64,000 nt of DNA from Christensenellaceae bacterium (GTDB lineage: Bacteria; Bacillota; Clostridia; Christensenellales; CAG-138): assembly GCA_031261085.1 (NCBI GenBank), contig JAISKB010000022.1:18310-82309 (forward strand). The letters run 5' to 3'. The translations under genes and the position numbers were made by a program. This document shows positions 8,960 to 18,253 of this stretch, piece after piece. Each line of letters starts with the position of its first letter. Positions within the stretch are counted from its first letter, which is position 1. The notes below the pieces were generated by a model. It searched no databases and was not told the origin of the DNA. It was given only the letters and a program-made list of their open reading frames with translations.

Positions 8960-10291
8960 ATGCAACGAAGCATCATACTACACGGCGCGGCGGTGCTGAC
9001 GCCGGCAGGCCCGCAACCGCATTGGGGCCTTTGCATAAAAGATGGGCGCATAGCGCAGCTGGGGCCATGGCAGGATTTGAAGCCCGGCCCGCAGGATGAG
9101 TATTTAGATTGTAAAAACCAGATTATCTTGCCCGGTTTCATCAACGGGCACACGCATATGTATGGCGTGCTTTCACACGGCATCAGCACGGATGCCGTGG
9201 TGGAGGAGTTTAATGGATTTTTAGAAGATTTTTGGTGGCCGCATGTTGAAAACCGTATAAGCCGCGAACTGGCGGAGCTTACGGCGGAGTGGGCCTGTGT
9301 AGAGATGATAGAAAGCGGCACGACCGCGTTTTTCGATATATTGGAAGCGCCCCTGTCACTGCCCGGCGCGCTGGAAAGCGAGGCGCTGGCGGTGCAAAAG
9401 GCGGGCTTGCGCGCCACGCTCACATTCGAAGCCTGCGAGCGCGTAAGCGCCGAAAACGCCGCGCTGGGCCTAGAGGAAAACGCCGCGTTCATACGAGCGC
9501 ACAAGGCAGATGCGTTGATAGGCGGCGCTATGAGCATACACACCTTGTTTACCTGTGGGCACGGCTATGTGCTGCGCGCGAGAGAGATGGCGCGGCAGCT
9601 TGGCACGAAGTTCCACATGCACCTGAGCGAGAGCGTTGCCGAACCCGATTGGTGCTTGGCGCATTTGGGCAAACGCCCAGTCGAAACCTATGCCGAGTGG
9701 GGCGTGCTCGATGCCGATGTGCTGGCTTCGCAGCTGGTGCAGCTAAACGAGGCCGAAATAGCCCTCTATGCCAAAAGCGGGGCCGGGGCTGTGAGCATGC
9801 CGCTTTCAAATTGCGAGGTGGGCGGCGGCGTGGCGCCTGTGCCGGCGCTGCTGCGCGCGGGCGTGCAGGTAGGGTTGGGCAGCGACGGATACATCAACAG
9901 CTTCTTCGAGGTGATGCGCGGCGCGTTTTTGATACACAAGGCGCATCTGCAAAACCCGCAGGTAATGGATGCAAAGACCGTGTTCACCATGGCCACCGCC
10001 ATGGGTGCAAAGGCGCTGGGCAACGCGCAGATAGGCGCGCTGGCGCCGGGTATGCAGGCGGATGTGATTACCATACGCACAGACGATACGCCTACGCCCG
10101 TAAACCTAAAAAACATATACGACCAAGTCGTGCTTTTTCGCAACCCGGGCGATGTGGAGCATGTGTTTGTGCAGGGTAGGCCGCTAAAGCTGAACGGCCG
10201 GCTGCAAACGCTGGATAAAGCCGCCATACGCGAGCGGTTGCGCGAGCAAAGCGCACAGTTTTGGGAAGTTCGCCCACAAAGTGGAGGATAA
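8960..10291 (+). CDS. SsnA/MtaD-like amidohydrolase (deaminase fold)
   Basis: PGFINGHTH, HMHLSE, GLGSDG; RBS GGAGG before ATG 8960. Confidence 0.85.
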   Translation: MQRSIILHGAAVLTPAGPQPHWGLCIKDGRIAQLGPWQDLKPGPQDEYLDCKNQIILPGFINGHTHMYGVLSHGISTDAVVEEFNGFLEDFWWPHVENRISRELAELTAEWACVEMIESGTTAFFDILEAPLSLPGALESEALAVQKAGLRATLTFEACERVSAENAALGLEENAAFIRAHKADALIGGAMSIHTLFTCGHGYVLRAREMARQLGTKFHMHLSESVAEPDWCLAHLGKRPVETYAEWGVLDADVLASQLVQLNEAEIALYAKSGAGAVSMPLSNCEVGGGVAPVPALLRAGVQVGLGSDGYINSFFEVMRGAFLIHKAHLQNPQVMDAKTVFTMATAMGAKALGNAQIGALAPGMQADVITIRTDDTPTPVNLKNIYDQVVLFRNPGDVEHVFVQGRPLKLNGRLQTLDKAAIRERLREQSAQFWEVRPQSGG

Positions 10292-10294
10292 CGA

Positions 10295-12658
10295 ATGCCG
10301 CTCTATGGTAAAAAACAATTCAACGCGATAAACCGATCCGTGCCGCGAATCGATGGCTACGACAAAGTGACGGGCCGCGCGCGGTTTGCGGCGGATCTTT
10401 CCATGCCGGATATGGTATATGGCGGTGTGCTGCGCAGCGGGCGCAGCAGCGCCAAAGTGGTGCATATAGATACTTCTGAGGCTTTGCGCCTGCCGGGGGT
10501 GCTGGCGGTAGTGACCGCCGCCGATGTGGAAAAACCGCAGAGCTGGGCATCCTACATGTATATCACCGACAGGGTGCGCTATGTGGGTGATGTGGTGGCA
10601 TGGGCGTGTGCCGAAACGCCGCAGCAGGTGCGCGAGGCTTTGGCAGCCATAAGGGTAGAATATGAAGAGCTGCCGGCGGTATATGACATGCGCGCCGCCC
10701 TGGAACCGGGCGCGCCGGTGGTGCAGGAAAAATATCCCGATAATATCTTCAAAGAATCCGTGTTTCATCTGCGCAAGGGCAATGTGGAAAAGGCGTTTGC
10801 CGAGGCCGATTTCGTCATCGAGCGCGAGTATGAAACCCAATATATTGAGCACGCTTATATAGAGCCCGAAGCCGCGCTTGCCGTGCAGCATGCCGGCAGC
10901 GGCGAAATGACCGTATATGCCGCGGCGCAAAACCCGTTTTTTACACGCCGTTATGTGGCGGATATTTTGGGCGCGCCGCTCAATCGCGTGCAGATATTGC
11001 AGCAGACGCTGGGCGGCTCGTTCGGTGGCAAAGAGGAGGGCTTGGGCCTGCTGGCTGCGCGCGCCGCCTGGCTGTGCAGGCATGTGAACCGGCCGGTGAA
11101 GATGACGTTTACACGCGAAGAATCCTTTTTGGAGAGTTCGAAGCGGCATCCGTTTTTGCTGCGCTACAAGGCGGGCATCATGAAGGACGGGCGCATCGTG
11201 GCCTGGGAGGGCACGCAGATAGACAACTGCGGCGCCTACAACAATCAAACGCAGTTTATGAACTGGCGCGCCAACGCGCATAGCGCCGGCGTATACAGCA
11301 TCGCCAATGTAAAAACCGATACATTTGGCGTGTTTACCAACAACGTGCACGGCGGCGCCATGCGCGGCTATAGTTCACCACAGCTTCTGTTCGCCCAAGA
11401 GCAATTCATAGATGAAATAGCCGAGGAAATTGGCCTGAGCGAGGTGGAAATGCGCCGCATTAACTGCCTCAAAACCGGCAATCAGCACGCCACCGGGGCA
11501 ACGCTCAGCCACGTCACAATCAGCGAGGTTATGGAACATACGCTGGCCGAGACCGACTATGAAAAAAAGCGCGAAACATATAAAAAACAAACGTCTTCTG
11601 TGAAGCGGCGCGGCATTGGCATGGCCATATGCCACCGCAGCTGCGGCTTTGGCGCCGAATCGCCAGATGCTTCCGGCGCGATGCTCATCGCCAATGAAGA
11701 CGGCAGCGTGTTGGTGCACTCCGGCCTTGCCGAAAACGGGCAGGGTCTTAAGACTGCCTACGCGCAGATAGCTGCCGAGGCGCTGGGCGTACCCTATGAA
11801 AACGTCCAGTCCTTTGGGGTGGATACGCACGCGATTGCCGATTGTGGTATGACGGTGGCCTCCCGGGGCACGGTGATGGGCGCGCAGTCCGTACGCAAGG
11901 CCGGCTTGCAGTTAAATGCCGTCATGCGTCAAAACGCTGTAGAGCTAGGGTTCTTTGCGGACATGCGCAAGATCGAACAGGTCAACGGGCTAAAGCCATA
12001 CAGCCTTGATGATTTTAGTGTAAACAGCGGCGAGCAGCTGCTTCTGCGGGACGGTGTGTTTTATCTGCCCGATTACCCGGCTTATACGGTGCCGTTCAAC
12101 GCGGTGACAGGCTCGGGCATATGGGCTGGCAAGCAGCTTTCTTCCTATGCCTGGTTTGTGCCCGAGCCATGCGTACAAGATCACGAAACCGGGCAAGGCG
12201 TGATTGCCCCCACCTTCGCCTATGGCTGCGTGGTGGCCGAGGTAGAGGTGGATATGCGCACCGGCTATGTCGACGTGTTGCACGTTACATCGAGCCATGA
12301 CGTGGGCACGGCCATAAACCCCGCGCTGATAAAGGGGCAGATATATGGCGGCATCGTGATGGGGCAGGGCTTCGCCGTAATGGAAGATGTGGAGCTGCAC
12401 GCCGGCAAGGTGGGCAACCCCAATTTGGATGAATACATATTGCCCACCGCAATGGATATGCCAAACATGCGCGTGAACGTATTCGAGTGCGATGACGAAA
12501 AGGGCACCTATGGCGCCAAGAGCGTGGGCGAGCCCGCCACCGAAGCCGTGGGCGCCGCCATCGCAAACGCGGTATATAGCGCCACCGGCCGCCGCATACG
12601 CAAAAACCCGGCAGGACTGGAGCAGGTGCTGCTGGGCAAAAAATTGAGCAAGGGGTAA
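10295..12658 (+). CDS. Xanthine dehydrogenase-family molybdopterin-binding large subunit
   Basis: KVTGRARF, HAYIEP, GGSFGGK, AMRG, GQG, KSVGEP (catalytic Glu). Confidence 0.93.
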   Translation: MPLYGKKQFNAINRSVPRIDGYDKVTGRARFAADLSMPDMVYGGVLRSGRSSAKVVHIDTSEALRLPGVLAVVTAADVEKPQSWASYMYITDRVRYVGDVVAWACAETPQQVREALAAIRVEYEELPAVYDMRAALEPGAPVVQEKYPDNIFKESVFHLRKGNVEKAFAEADFVIEREYETQYIEHAYIEPEAALAVQHAGSGEMTVYAAAQNPFFTRRYVADILGAPLNRVQILQQTLGGSFGGKEEGLGLLAARAAWLCRHVNRPVKMTFTREESFLESSKRHPFLLRYKAGIMKDGRIVAWEGTQIDNCGAYNNQTQFMNWRANAHSAGVYSIANVKTDTFGVFTNNVHGGAMRGYSSPQLLFAQEQFIDEIAEEIGLSEVEMRRINCLKTGNQHATGATLSHVTISEVMEHTLAETDYEKKRETYKKQTSSVKRRGIGMAICHRSCGFGAESPDASGAMLIANEDGSVLVHSGLAENGQGLKTAYAQIAAEALGVPYENVQSFGVDTHAIADCGMTVASRGTVMGAQSVRKAGLQLNAVMRQNAVELGFFADMRKIEQVNGLKPYSLDDFSVNSGEQLLLRDGVFYLPDYPAYTVPFNAVTGSGIWAGKQLSSYAWFVPEPCVQDHETGQGVIAPTFAYGCVVAEVEVDMRTGYVDVLHVTSSHDVGTAINPALIKGQIYGGIVMGQGFAVMEDVELHAGKVGNPNLDEYILPTAMDMPNMRVNVFECDDEKGTYGAKSVGEPATEAVGAAIANAVYSATGRRIRKNPAGLEQVLLGKKLSKG

Positions 12659-12659
12659 A

Positions 12660-13538
12660 GTGATGCAGCAACTTCAATACATAAAGCCTAAGTCGCTGCA
12701 CGAGGCGTTGCAATATCTGCACGAATATGCGGGCCAAGCCAAGCCCTATGCGGGCGGCACCGACCTGATGGTGCAGCTGCGCGCCGGCGAGCGGCGCCTG
12801 GCCGAAACACGCTATCTTATAGATATAAACGGCCTTGCCGAACTGCACGGCTTCGCTATGAAAGCGGACGGCACGATTTCTATCGGCGCCGCAACGAGTC
12901 ACAGCGCTGTAAGCCAAAGCGCGCTTCTGCAAGAGCACGCGCCGTTTTTATGCGCGGCGGCGTCCTCTGTGGGTTCGCCGCAAATACGCAACATGGGCAC
13001 GGTGGGCGGCAACCTGTGCAACGGTTCGCCCGCGGCCGATACGCTATCGCCCTTCGTGGCGCTGGGTGCAGAAATAGAATTGCACAGCCTGCGCGGCCTG
13101 CGCAGCGTGCCGGCGCCGGATATATATATCGGCGCGGGCAAGGTAAAGCTGGCGCCAGATGAACTGGCGGTGCGCATACATTTTTCGAGCGCCGCGGCAT
13201 ACAACACCGCGTTTGTGAAGCTGGGACGCCGCAAGGCGCTGGCCATATCCCGCATGAACGTGGCGGCGGCGCTGCTGCTCGAGGAGGGCCGCATAGCCGA
13301 TGCGCGCATTGCGCCGGGCTGCGTCTTCCCTGTGCCGGGCAGGGTTCCGATGGCGGAAAAGCTGCTGCTTGGGCAAACGCCTTGCGCCCATCTTTTTTTC
13401 GAGTGCGGGAAAGCCGTGGCCGAAGAGATGAACGCGCGCACGGGCTTGCGCTGGTCCACTCCCTATAAACAGCCGGTAGCCGAAGCGTTGGTGCAGCGCG
13501 CGCTGTGCGCTGCCGCCGGCATAGCCGAGGAGGAATAG
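12660..13538 (+). CDS. Xanthine dehydrogenase-family FAD-binding medium subunit
   Basis: AGGTDL, QIRNMGTVGGN, SPAAD. Confidence 0.92.
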   Translation: MMQQLQYIKPKSLHEALQYLHEYAGQAKPYAGGTDLMVQLRAGERRLAETRYLIDINGLAELHGFAMKADGTISIGAATSHSAVSQSALLQEHAPFLCAAASSVGSPQIRNMGTVGGNLCNGSPAADTLSPFVALGAEIELHSLRGLRSVPAPDIYIGAGKVKLAPDELAVRIHFSSAAAYNTAFVKLGRRKALAISRMNVAAALLLEEGRIADARIAPGCVFPVPGRVPMAEKLLLGQTPCAHLFFECGKAVAEEMNARTGLRWSTPYKQPVAEALVQRALCAAAGIAEEE

Positions 13539-13539
13539 C

Positions 13540-14016
13540 ATGGTTACGTTTTCACTTTCATTCACGCTAAACAGCGCGCCTGTTCACATCGCCATCGAGC
13601 CAAACGCGCGGCTGCTCGATGTGCTGCGCGATCAACTGGGGCTTACCGGCGTTAAGGAGGGCTGCGGCGTGGGTGAGTGCGGCGCGTGCACCGTCATTAT
13701 AGATGGGGAAACGGCCGATAGCTGCCTTGTTCTGGCGGCGAGTGTGGCCGGCAAAAGCGTCACCACTATAGAAGGCCTGGAGCAGGATGGGATATTGCAC
13801 CCCCTACAGCAGGCGGTGCTCGATCATCATGCGCTGCAATGCGGTTTTTGCACGCCCGGCTTCATATTGAGCGCCAAGGCGCTGCTCGATAAAAACCCGC
13901 ATCCCACGCGGAATGAGATTAAAACCGCTATATCCGGCAACCTGTGCCGCTGCACAGGCTATATGCAGCTCATCGAAGCCATAGAAGACGTGGCCGGCGC
14001 ACGGCAGGAAGGATGA
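13540..14016 (+). CDS. Xanthine dehydrogenase-family [2Fe-2S] small subunit
   Basis: GCGVGECGAC, QCGFCTPG, GNLCRCTGY. Confidence 0.93.
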   Translation: MVTFSLSFTLNSAPVHIAIEPNARLLDVLRDQLGLTGVKEGCGVGECGACTVIIDGETADSCLVLAASVAGKSVTTIEGLEQDGILHPLQQAVLDHHALQCGFCTPGFILSAKALLDKNPHPTRNEIKTAISGNLCRCTGYMQLIEAIEDVAGARQEG

Positions 14017-14022
14017 ATTCAT

Positions 14023-15198
14023 ATGACAGAAACCAAAGGCATAGACACCAGCATAGAGTATTGCGGCCGCAGGCTGCAAAGCCCGTTCATTTTGGCATCC
14101 GGCCCGCTCAGCTATGGGGCGCAGGGCATGATACGCGCGCATGAGGCGGGCTTTGGCGCTGTAGTCACCAAGACCATACGCTTGCAGGCCGCCGTGAACC
14201 CCGTGCACCACATAGGCAAGGTTTCGGGGGATACGCTGATAAACTGCGAGAAGTGGGCCGATTTCGACAGGCTCGCGTGGTATGAAAAAGAGATACCCGA
14301 GGCGGTGCGGGCTGGCGCTACGGTGATAGGGAGCGTGGGCCATACCCCGGGTGAAGCGAAGGCGATCGTGCAAGATGTAGAGAAGGCCGGCGCGCACATG
14401 ATAGAGCTCGTATCTTACACCGAAGATACGCTGCTGCCCATGCTCGACTATGCCAAGGCGCATGTGCGCATACCCGTCATATGCAAGCTTAGCGGGAACT
14501 GGGCAAACCCGGCGGCCACGGCGCGGGCCTGTTATGAACACGGAGCCGACGGCGTGGCGGCCATAGATTCTATCGGCCCGGTGCTCAAGATAGATATTCA
14601 CAACCGCCGCCCACTCATGATGAGCGGGGACGGATATGGATGGCTGACCGGCGCCGCCATCAAGCCCATATCCCTGCGCATCAACGCGGATATAGCGCGC
14701 GGCGTGAAGGGATATAAGAACCTCTATTGCATTGGCGGCGTGATGAGCGCCGCAGATGCCCTGGAATTCTTAATGGTGGGCAGCCATGCGGTGGGCGTGT
14801 GCACGGCCACCATCCTTAAGGGCATAGGCTATGTGGGCACCCTGCGCAGGCAGCTTGCTGAGCTGCTGCAAACGTTGGGCTTTGGCAGCCTGCAAGAAGC
14901 CGTGGGCGCGGCATTGCCGAATTTCCCGCAGCGGGAATGCGTCACAGACCTTGCCTTTTCGTTTGCCCCCGAGGCTTGCACCAAGTGCGGCAAGTGTGCG
15001 CTGGTATGCCCTTATGCCGCGCGCAAGCTGGAGTATCCTACCATGCACCTGGATGCCGCGCTGTGCCGCAGCTGCGGCCTGTGCGCCGACTATTGCCCAA
15101 CCGGCGCGCTTTCGTCAAGCTGCAAGGAACCCACCGCAGCGCATGCGCGGCTGGCCGAAGCATCCGCCGCTTTCGATAAGATGATCGCAGGTGAATAA
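14023..15198 (+). CDS. Dihydroorotate/dihydropyrimidine dehydrogenase (PreA)-like FMN protein with C-terminal 2x[4Fe-4S] ferredoxin
   Basis: SPFILASGP, GAVVTKT, ICKL, IGGV; CTKCGKCALVCP and CRSCGLCADYCP. Confidence 0.8.
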   Translation: MTETKGIDTSIEYCGRRLQSPFILASGPLSYGAQGMIRAHEAGFGAVVTKTIRLQAAVNPVHHIGKVSGDTLINCEKWADFDRLAWYEKEIPEAVRAGATVIGSVGHTPGEAKAIVQDVEKAGAHMIELVSYTEDTLLPMLDYAKAHVRIPVICKLSGNWANPAATARACYEHGADGVAAIDSIGPVLKIDIHNRRPLMMSGDGYGWLTGAAIKPISLRINADIARGVKGYKNLYCIGGVMSAADALEFLMVGSHAVGVCTATILKGIGYVGTLRRQLAELLQTLGFGSLQEAVGAALPNFPQRECVTDLAFSFAPEACTKCGKCALVCPYAARKLEYPTMHLDAALCRSCGLCADYCPTGALSSSCKEPTAAHARLAEASAAFDKMIAGE

Positions 15199-15294
15199 AA
15201 CGATGCGGCACTGCCTCCTGCATTGCGCCGGTTAACAGCCGCGTTTCTTCTATCTATGTGGCTGTTTGTATAATTTTTTCTTATCCGGGCGCAT

Positions 15295-15323
15295 TTGCAT
15301 GCACAGAATCTATATGGTATAAT
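15295..15323 (+). promoter_or_regulatory. Sigma-A promoter of the gntR gene
   Basis: TTGCAT, 17 nt spacer, TATAAT with extended TG. Confidence 0.65.
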
Positions 15324-15363
15324 ATATCATTGCATATATGCATAGCATATCATGGGAGGTAGA

Positions 15364-16089
15364 ATGGCAAACGCAAACTACAGCGCCTATATGGAAATAA
15401 AGCGGCAGCTGCTGCAAATCTTCAAAACCGAAACCTTCGTAAATAACAAGCTTCCTCCAGAAGCCACCTTGGCGGCGCGCCTTGGCATAAGCCTGGTAAC
15501 GCTGCGTGAGGCCATGTTGATTTTGGCGATAGAAGGCTATATCACCAAACGGCACGGCGCCGGCAATTTTATCCACCCCAGTGCGCTCGATCACGAAAAC
15601 CGCAGCTTCTACTTTGTCGATTTTTTAAAGAAGGCCGGCTACAAGGTGCGCATACGCCTGCACGCGCAGGCGCAGCTGCACGCCGATGAAGAGGTGGCCA
15701 GCGAATTGCGGCTCCCTGTGGGCGAACCCGTGCTGCGCAACACGATTATCTATTACGCCAACCGTCAGCCCGCCATCGTCACATACGGGTATATACCTAT
15801 CGCCAAGCTGGTGCGCGACGATTGGAACAATATGCACTTCGAATATGTGCACGCGCTGGTGCGCGAATTCATGAACCGCGAGCTGGCGCATTCGCTCAAT
15901 GAGTATTGCCCGTATGCGTTGTCCGAAGAGCTGGCCGCTATATTTGACTTGCCGGTCGGCACGCCCATCGTGGGCTCGAAGCAGGCGTTTTATGATGTGC
16001 AGGATGACACCGTGCTCTACAACCACCACTATTTCTATCCCAATATTTACAAGGTGCGCACCCTGCAAAACTGGGATTTGGGCCGATAA
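15364..16089 (+). CDS. GntR-family regulator, HutC/UTRA type
   Basis: LPPEATLAARLGISLVTLREA...HGAGNF wHTH; UTRA-sized C-terminal domain. Confidence 0.88.
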   Translation: MANANYSAYMEIKRQLLQIFKTETFVNNKLPPEATLAARLGISLVTLREAMLILAIEGYITKRHGAGNFIHPSALDHENRSFYFVDFLKKAGYKVRIRLHAQAQLHADEEVASELRLPVGEPVLRNTIIYYANRQPAIVTYGYIPIAKLVRDDWNNMHFEYVHALVREFMNRELAHSLNEYCPYALSEELAAIFDLPVGTPIVGSKQAFYDVQDDTVLYNHHYFYPNIYKVRTLQNWDLGR

Positions 16090-16138
16090 ACCCATAAAGC
16101 GTTTTCGATAGATATTTCCCGGTTTTAGTGTAAAACGA

Positions 16139-16172
16139 ATGCCATGGGCGAAAATGCCCATGGCGTTTTTTT
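16139..16172. terminator. Intrinsic terminator between convergent gntR and deoD
   Basis: GCCATGGGC-N-GCCCATGGC followed by a T7 tract. Confidence 0.75.
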
Positions 16173-16215
16173 ATTACGGCTGCTAAAGCTGAATCAACCG
16201 AACAATGCGTGGATA

Positions 16216-16914
16216 CTACGCTATCTCCAACGCCAATTCCATCATCTGCGTAAAGGTATCCTGCCGCTCCTCGGCCGTGCATTCCTTGCCGGTCACAAGG
16301 TTGTCGCTGATGGTGCAAATGGCCAGCGCATTCTTGCCTGCGCGGGCCGCCGTCATGTACAGCGCCGCGGCTTCCATCTCTACCGCCAGCACCCCCATCT
16401 TTTGCCATTCCAGCGTGGAGAGCGCGTCGTCATAGAACAAATCGTTGGAAAGCAGATTGCCCACCTGCGCGTGCAGGCCCATCCGGTCCGCCGTATCGGC
16501 CGCCTTTTTAAGCAGATCATAGCTCGCAACGGGCGCAAATGTGCCGTGCAGGCCATATTGCCGCGCAAACGATGAATTGTAGCACGCGCCCAGGCCTATC
16601 ACGATGCTGCGCAGCGGCAGGCTTGCCTGTATGGCGCCCGCGCTGCCTATGCGGATGATGCTCTGCACGCCAAACACGTTAAAAAGCTCATAGCTGTATA
16701 TGCCGATGCTGGGCATGCCCATGCCGCTGGCCATAACGGATACGCGCTTGCCGTGGTAGGTGCCGGTATGCCCCTGCACGCCGCGCACGTTGTTGATGAG
16801 CGCGGCATCCTGCAGGTAGTGCTCGGCTATGTACTTTGCGCGCAACGGGTCGCCGGGCATAAGCACGGTGGGGGCAAAATCCTCGGGGTTGGCATTGATA
16901 TGCGGTGTATGCAT
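16216..16914 (-). CDS. deoD: Purine nucleoside phosphorylase (DeoD type)
   Basis: MHTPHI, MPGDPLRA, GMGMPS, RIGSAG, VEME. Confidence 0.95.
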   Translation of the reverse strand: MHTPHINANPEDFAPTVLMPGDPLRAKYIAEHYLQDAALINNVRGVQGHTGTYHGKRVSVMASGMGMPSIGIYSYELFNVFGVQSIIRIGSAGAIQASLPLRSIVIGLGACYNSSFARQYGLHGTFAPVASYDLLKKAADTADRMGLHAQVGNLLSNDLFYDDALSTLEWQKMGVLAVEMEAAALYMTAARAGKNALAICTISDNLVTGKECTAEERQDTFTQMMELALEIA

Positions 16915-16918
16915 GGTG

Positions 16919-18253
16919 CTATTCCTCCTCTGTATATTCTTCTTCGCCAGCCGCCTCCACCGCCTCGGGCGGCAGATACAGCGCGGCCTCATTGGTGGGC
17001 AGCGACATAACATCCTTCAGGCGCGAGCGTATTTGCCGGGTGCGCACGCCCACGAGCTTATCCAGCTCATCGTTGGCGCTGGTAAGCTGCTTTTGCGTGC
17101 GCGCAAGCACATCGTGGAACCGCTCAAACTCGGTTTTTACGGCGCTGAGCACCTTCCACACCTCGCCGCTGCGCTTTTGTATAGCCACCGAGCGGAAGCC
17201 CATCTGCAGGCTGTTGAGCAGCGCCGCCATGGTGCTGGGCCCCGCGATGCTCACGCGGTACTCGTGCTGCAGCCGCTCCACCAGCCCCAGCTTCACCGCC
17301 TCGGCATACAACCCCTCGGTGGGCAAAAACATGATGCCAAACTCGGTGGTAGCCGGCGGGTCGATGTATTTATCGTGTATATCCTTCGCAAAGGAGCGCA
17401 GACGCGTTTTGAGCGTTTCCTGCGCGGCGTGCACCCGCTCCGCGTCCCCGCCCTCGTAAGCGTCCATCAATTCGGAATAGGCGTCCATCGGGAATTTGGA
17501 ATCGATGGGCATCAGCACGCGCCCGTCGCCATCGGCCGGCAGCTTGATGGCAAACTCCACCCTATCCCTGCCCTGCCGCGTGGGCGCGACGTTTTTTTCA
17601 TATTGCTCGGGGGATAGTATTTCGCTCAATATCGCCTCGAGCTGTATTTCGCCCAATGTGCCCCGCGTCTTTACGTTGGAGAGCACCTTTTTTAAGTCGC
17701 CCACGCCCACGGCCAGCGTCTGCATTTCGCCCAGGCCCTTATAAACCTGCTCCAGCCTGTCGTTTACCAGCTTGAAGGATTGCGACATGCGGTCATTGAG
17801 CGTCCGCTGCAGCTTTTCATCCACGATAAGCCGCATTTCATCCAGCTTTTTGTTGTTATCCTGCTGCATGCCGCCCAGCTTTTGCTCCATGGTGACGCGT
17901 ATGTTATCCAGCTTCTGTTCGCTGGCCAGCTCGCTGGTCTTCAGCCTCGTTTCCAGCTGTATGCTCATCTGCGCAAGCCCGCGCTGCATTTCGACCAGCT
18001 TATCCTCCTGCGATTTACCCTGCGCGCGCGCGGTTTCGCCCAGCATCTCACCCAGCGAGCGTATGCTGCGCTGCACCGTTTCGGCCAGTTCCTCCCGCAG
18101 GGCGCGTTCACGCTCGCGCGCTGTGCGCTCCTTTTCCAAAAACTCCCGCCGCAGGCGCTCCGATGCGCCGTTTTGCCGCAGCAGCAGCGCGAAGCTGGCA
18201 ATCGCAAGCGCCAGCAGCAGCCAAATGCCGATTTCTCCCATCTCCATAACCAT
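16919..18253 (-). CDS. rmuC: DNA recombination protein RmuC
   Basis: N-terminal TM, coiled coil, NVKTRGTLGE, PIDSKFP, FLPTEGLY. Confidence 0.93.
   Translation of the reverse strand: MVMEMGEIGIWLLLALAIASFALLLRQNGASERLRREFLEKERTARERERALREELAETVQRSIRSLGEMLGETARAQGKSQEDKLVEMQRGLAQMSIQLETRLKTSELASEQKLDNIRVTMEQKLGGMQQDNNKKLDEMRLIVDEKLQRTLNDRMSQSFKLVNDRLEQVYKGLGEMQTLAVGVGDLKKVLSNVKTRGTLGEIQLEAILSEILSPEQYEKNVAPTRQGRDRVEFAIKLPADGDGRVLMPIDSKFPMDAYSELMDAYEGGDAERVHAAQETLKTRLRSFAKDIHDKYIDPPATTEFGIMFLPTEGLYAEAVKLGLVERLQHEYRVSIAGPSTMAALLNSLQMGFRSVAIQKRSGEVWKVLSAVKTEFERFHDVLARTQKQLTSANDELDKLVGVRTRQIRSRLKDVMSLPTNEAALYLPPEAVEAAGEEEYTEEE

Noticed and set aside
6544-15198. Possible selenocysteine (in-frame TGA) in the ygeY/ssnA/xdh genes
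   Set aside because: All of these ORFs are full length without internal stops, so no readthrough is needed
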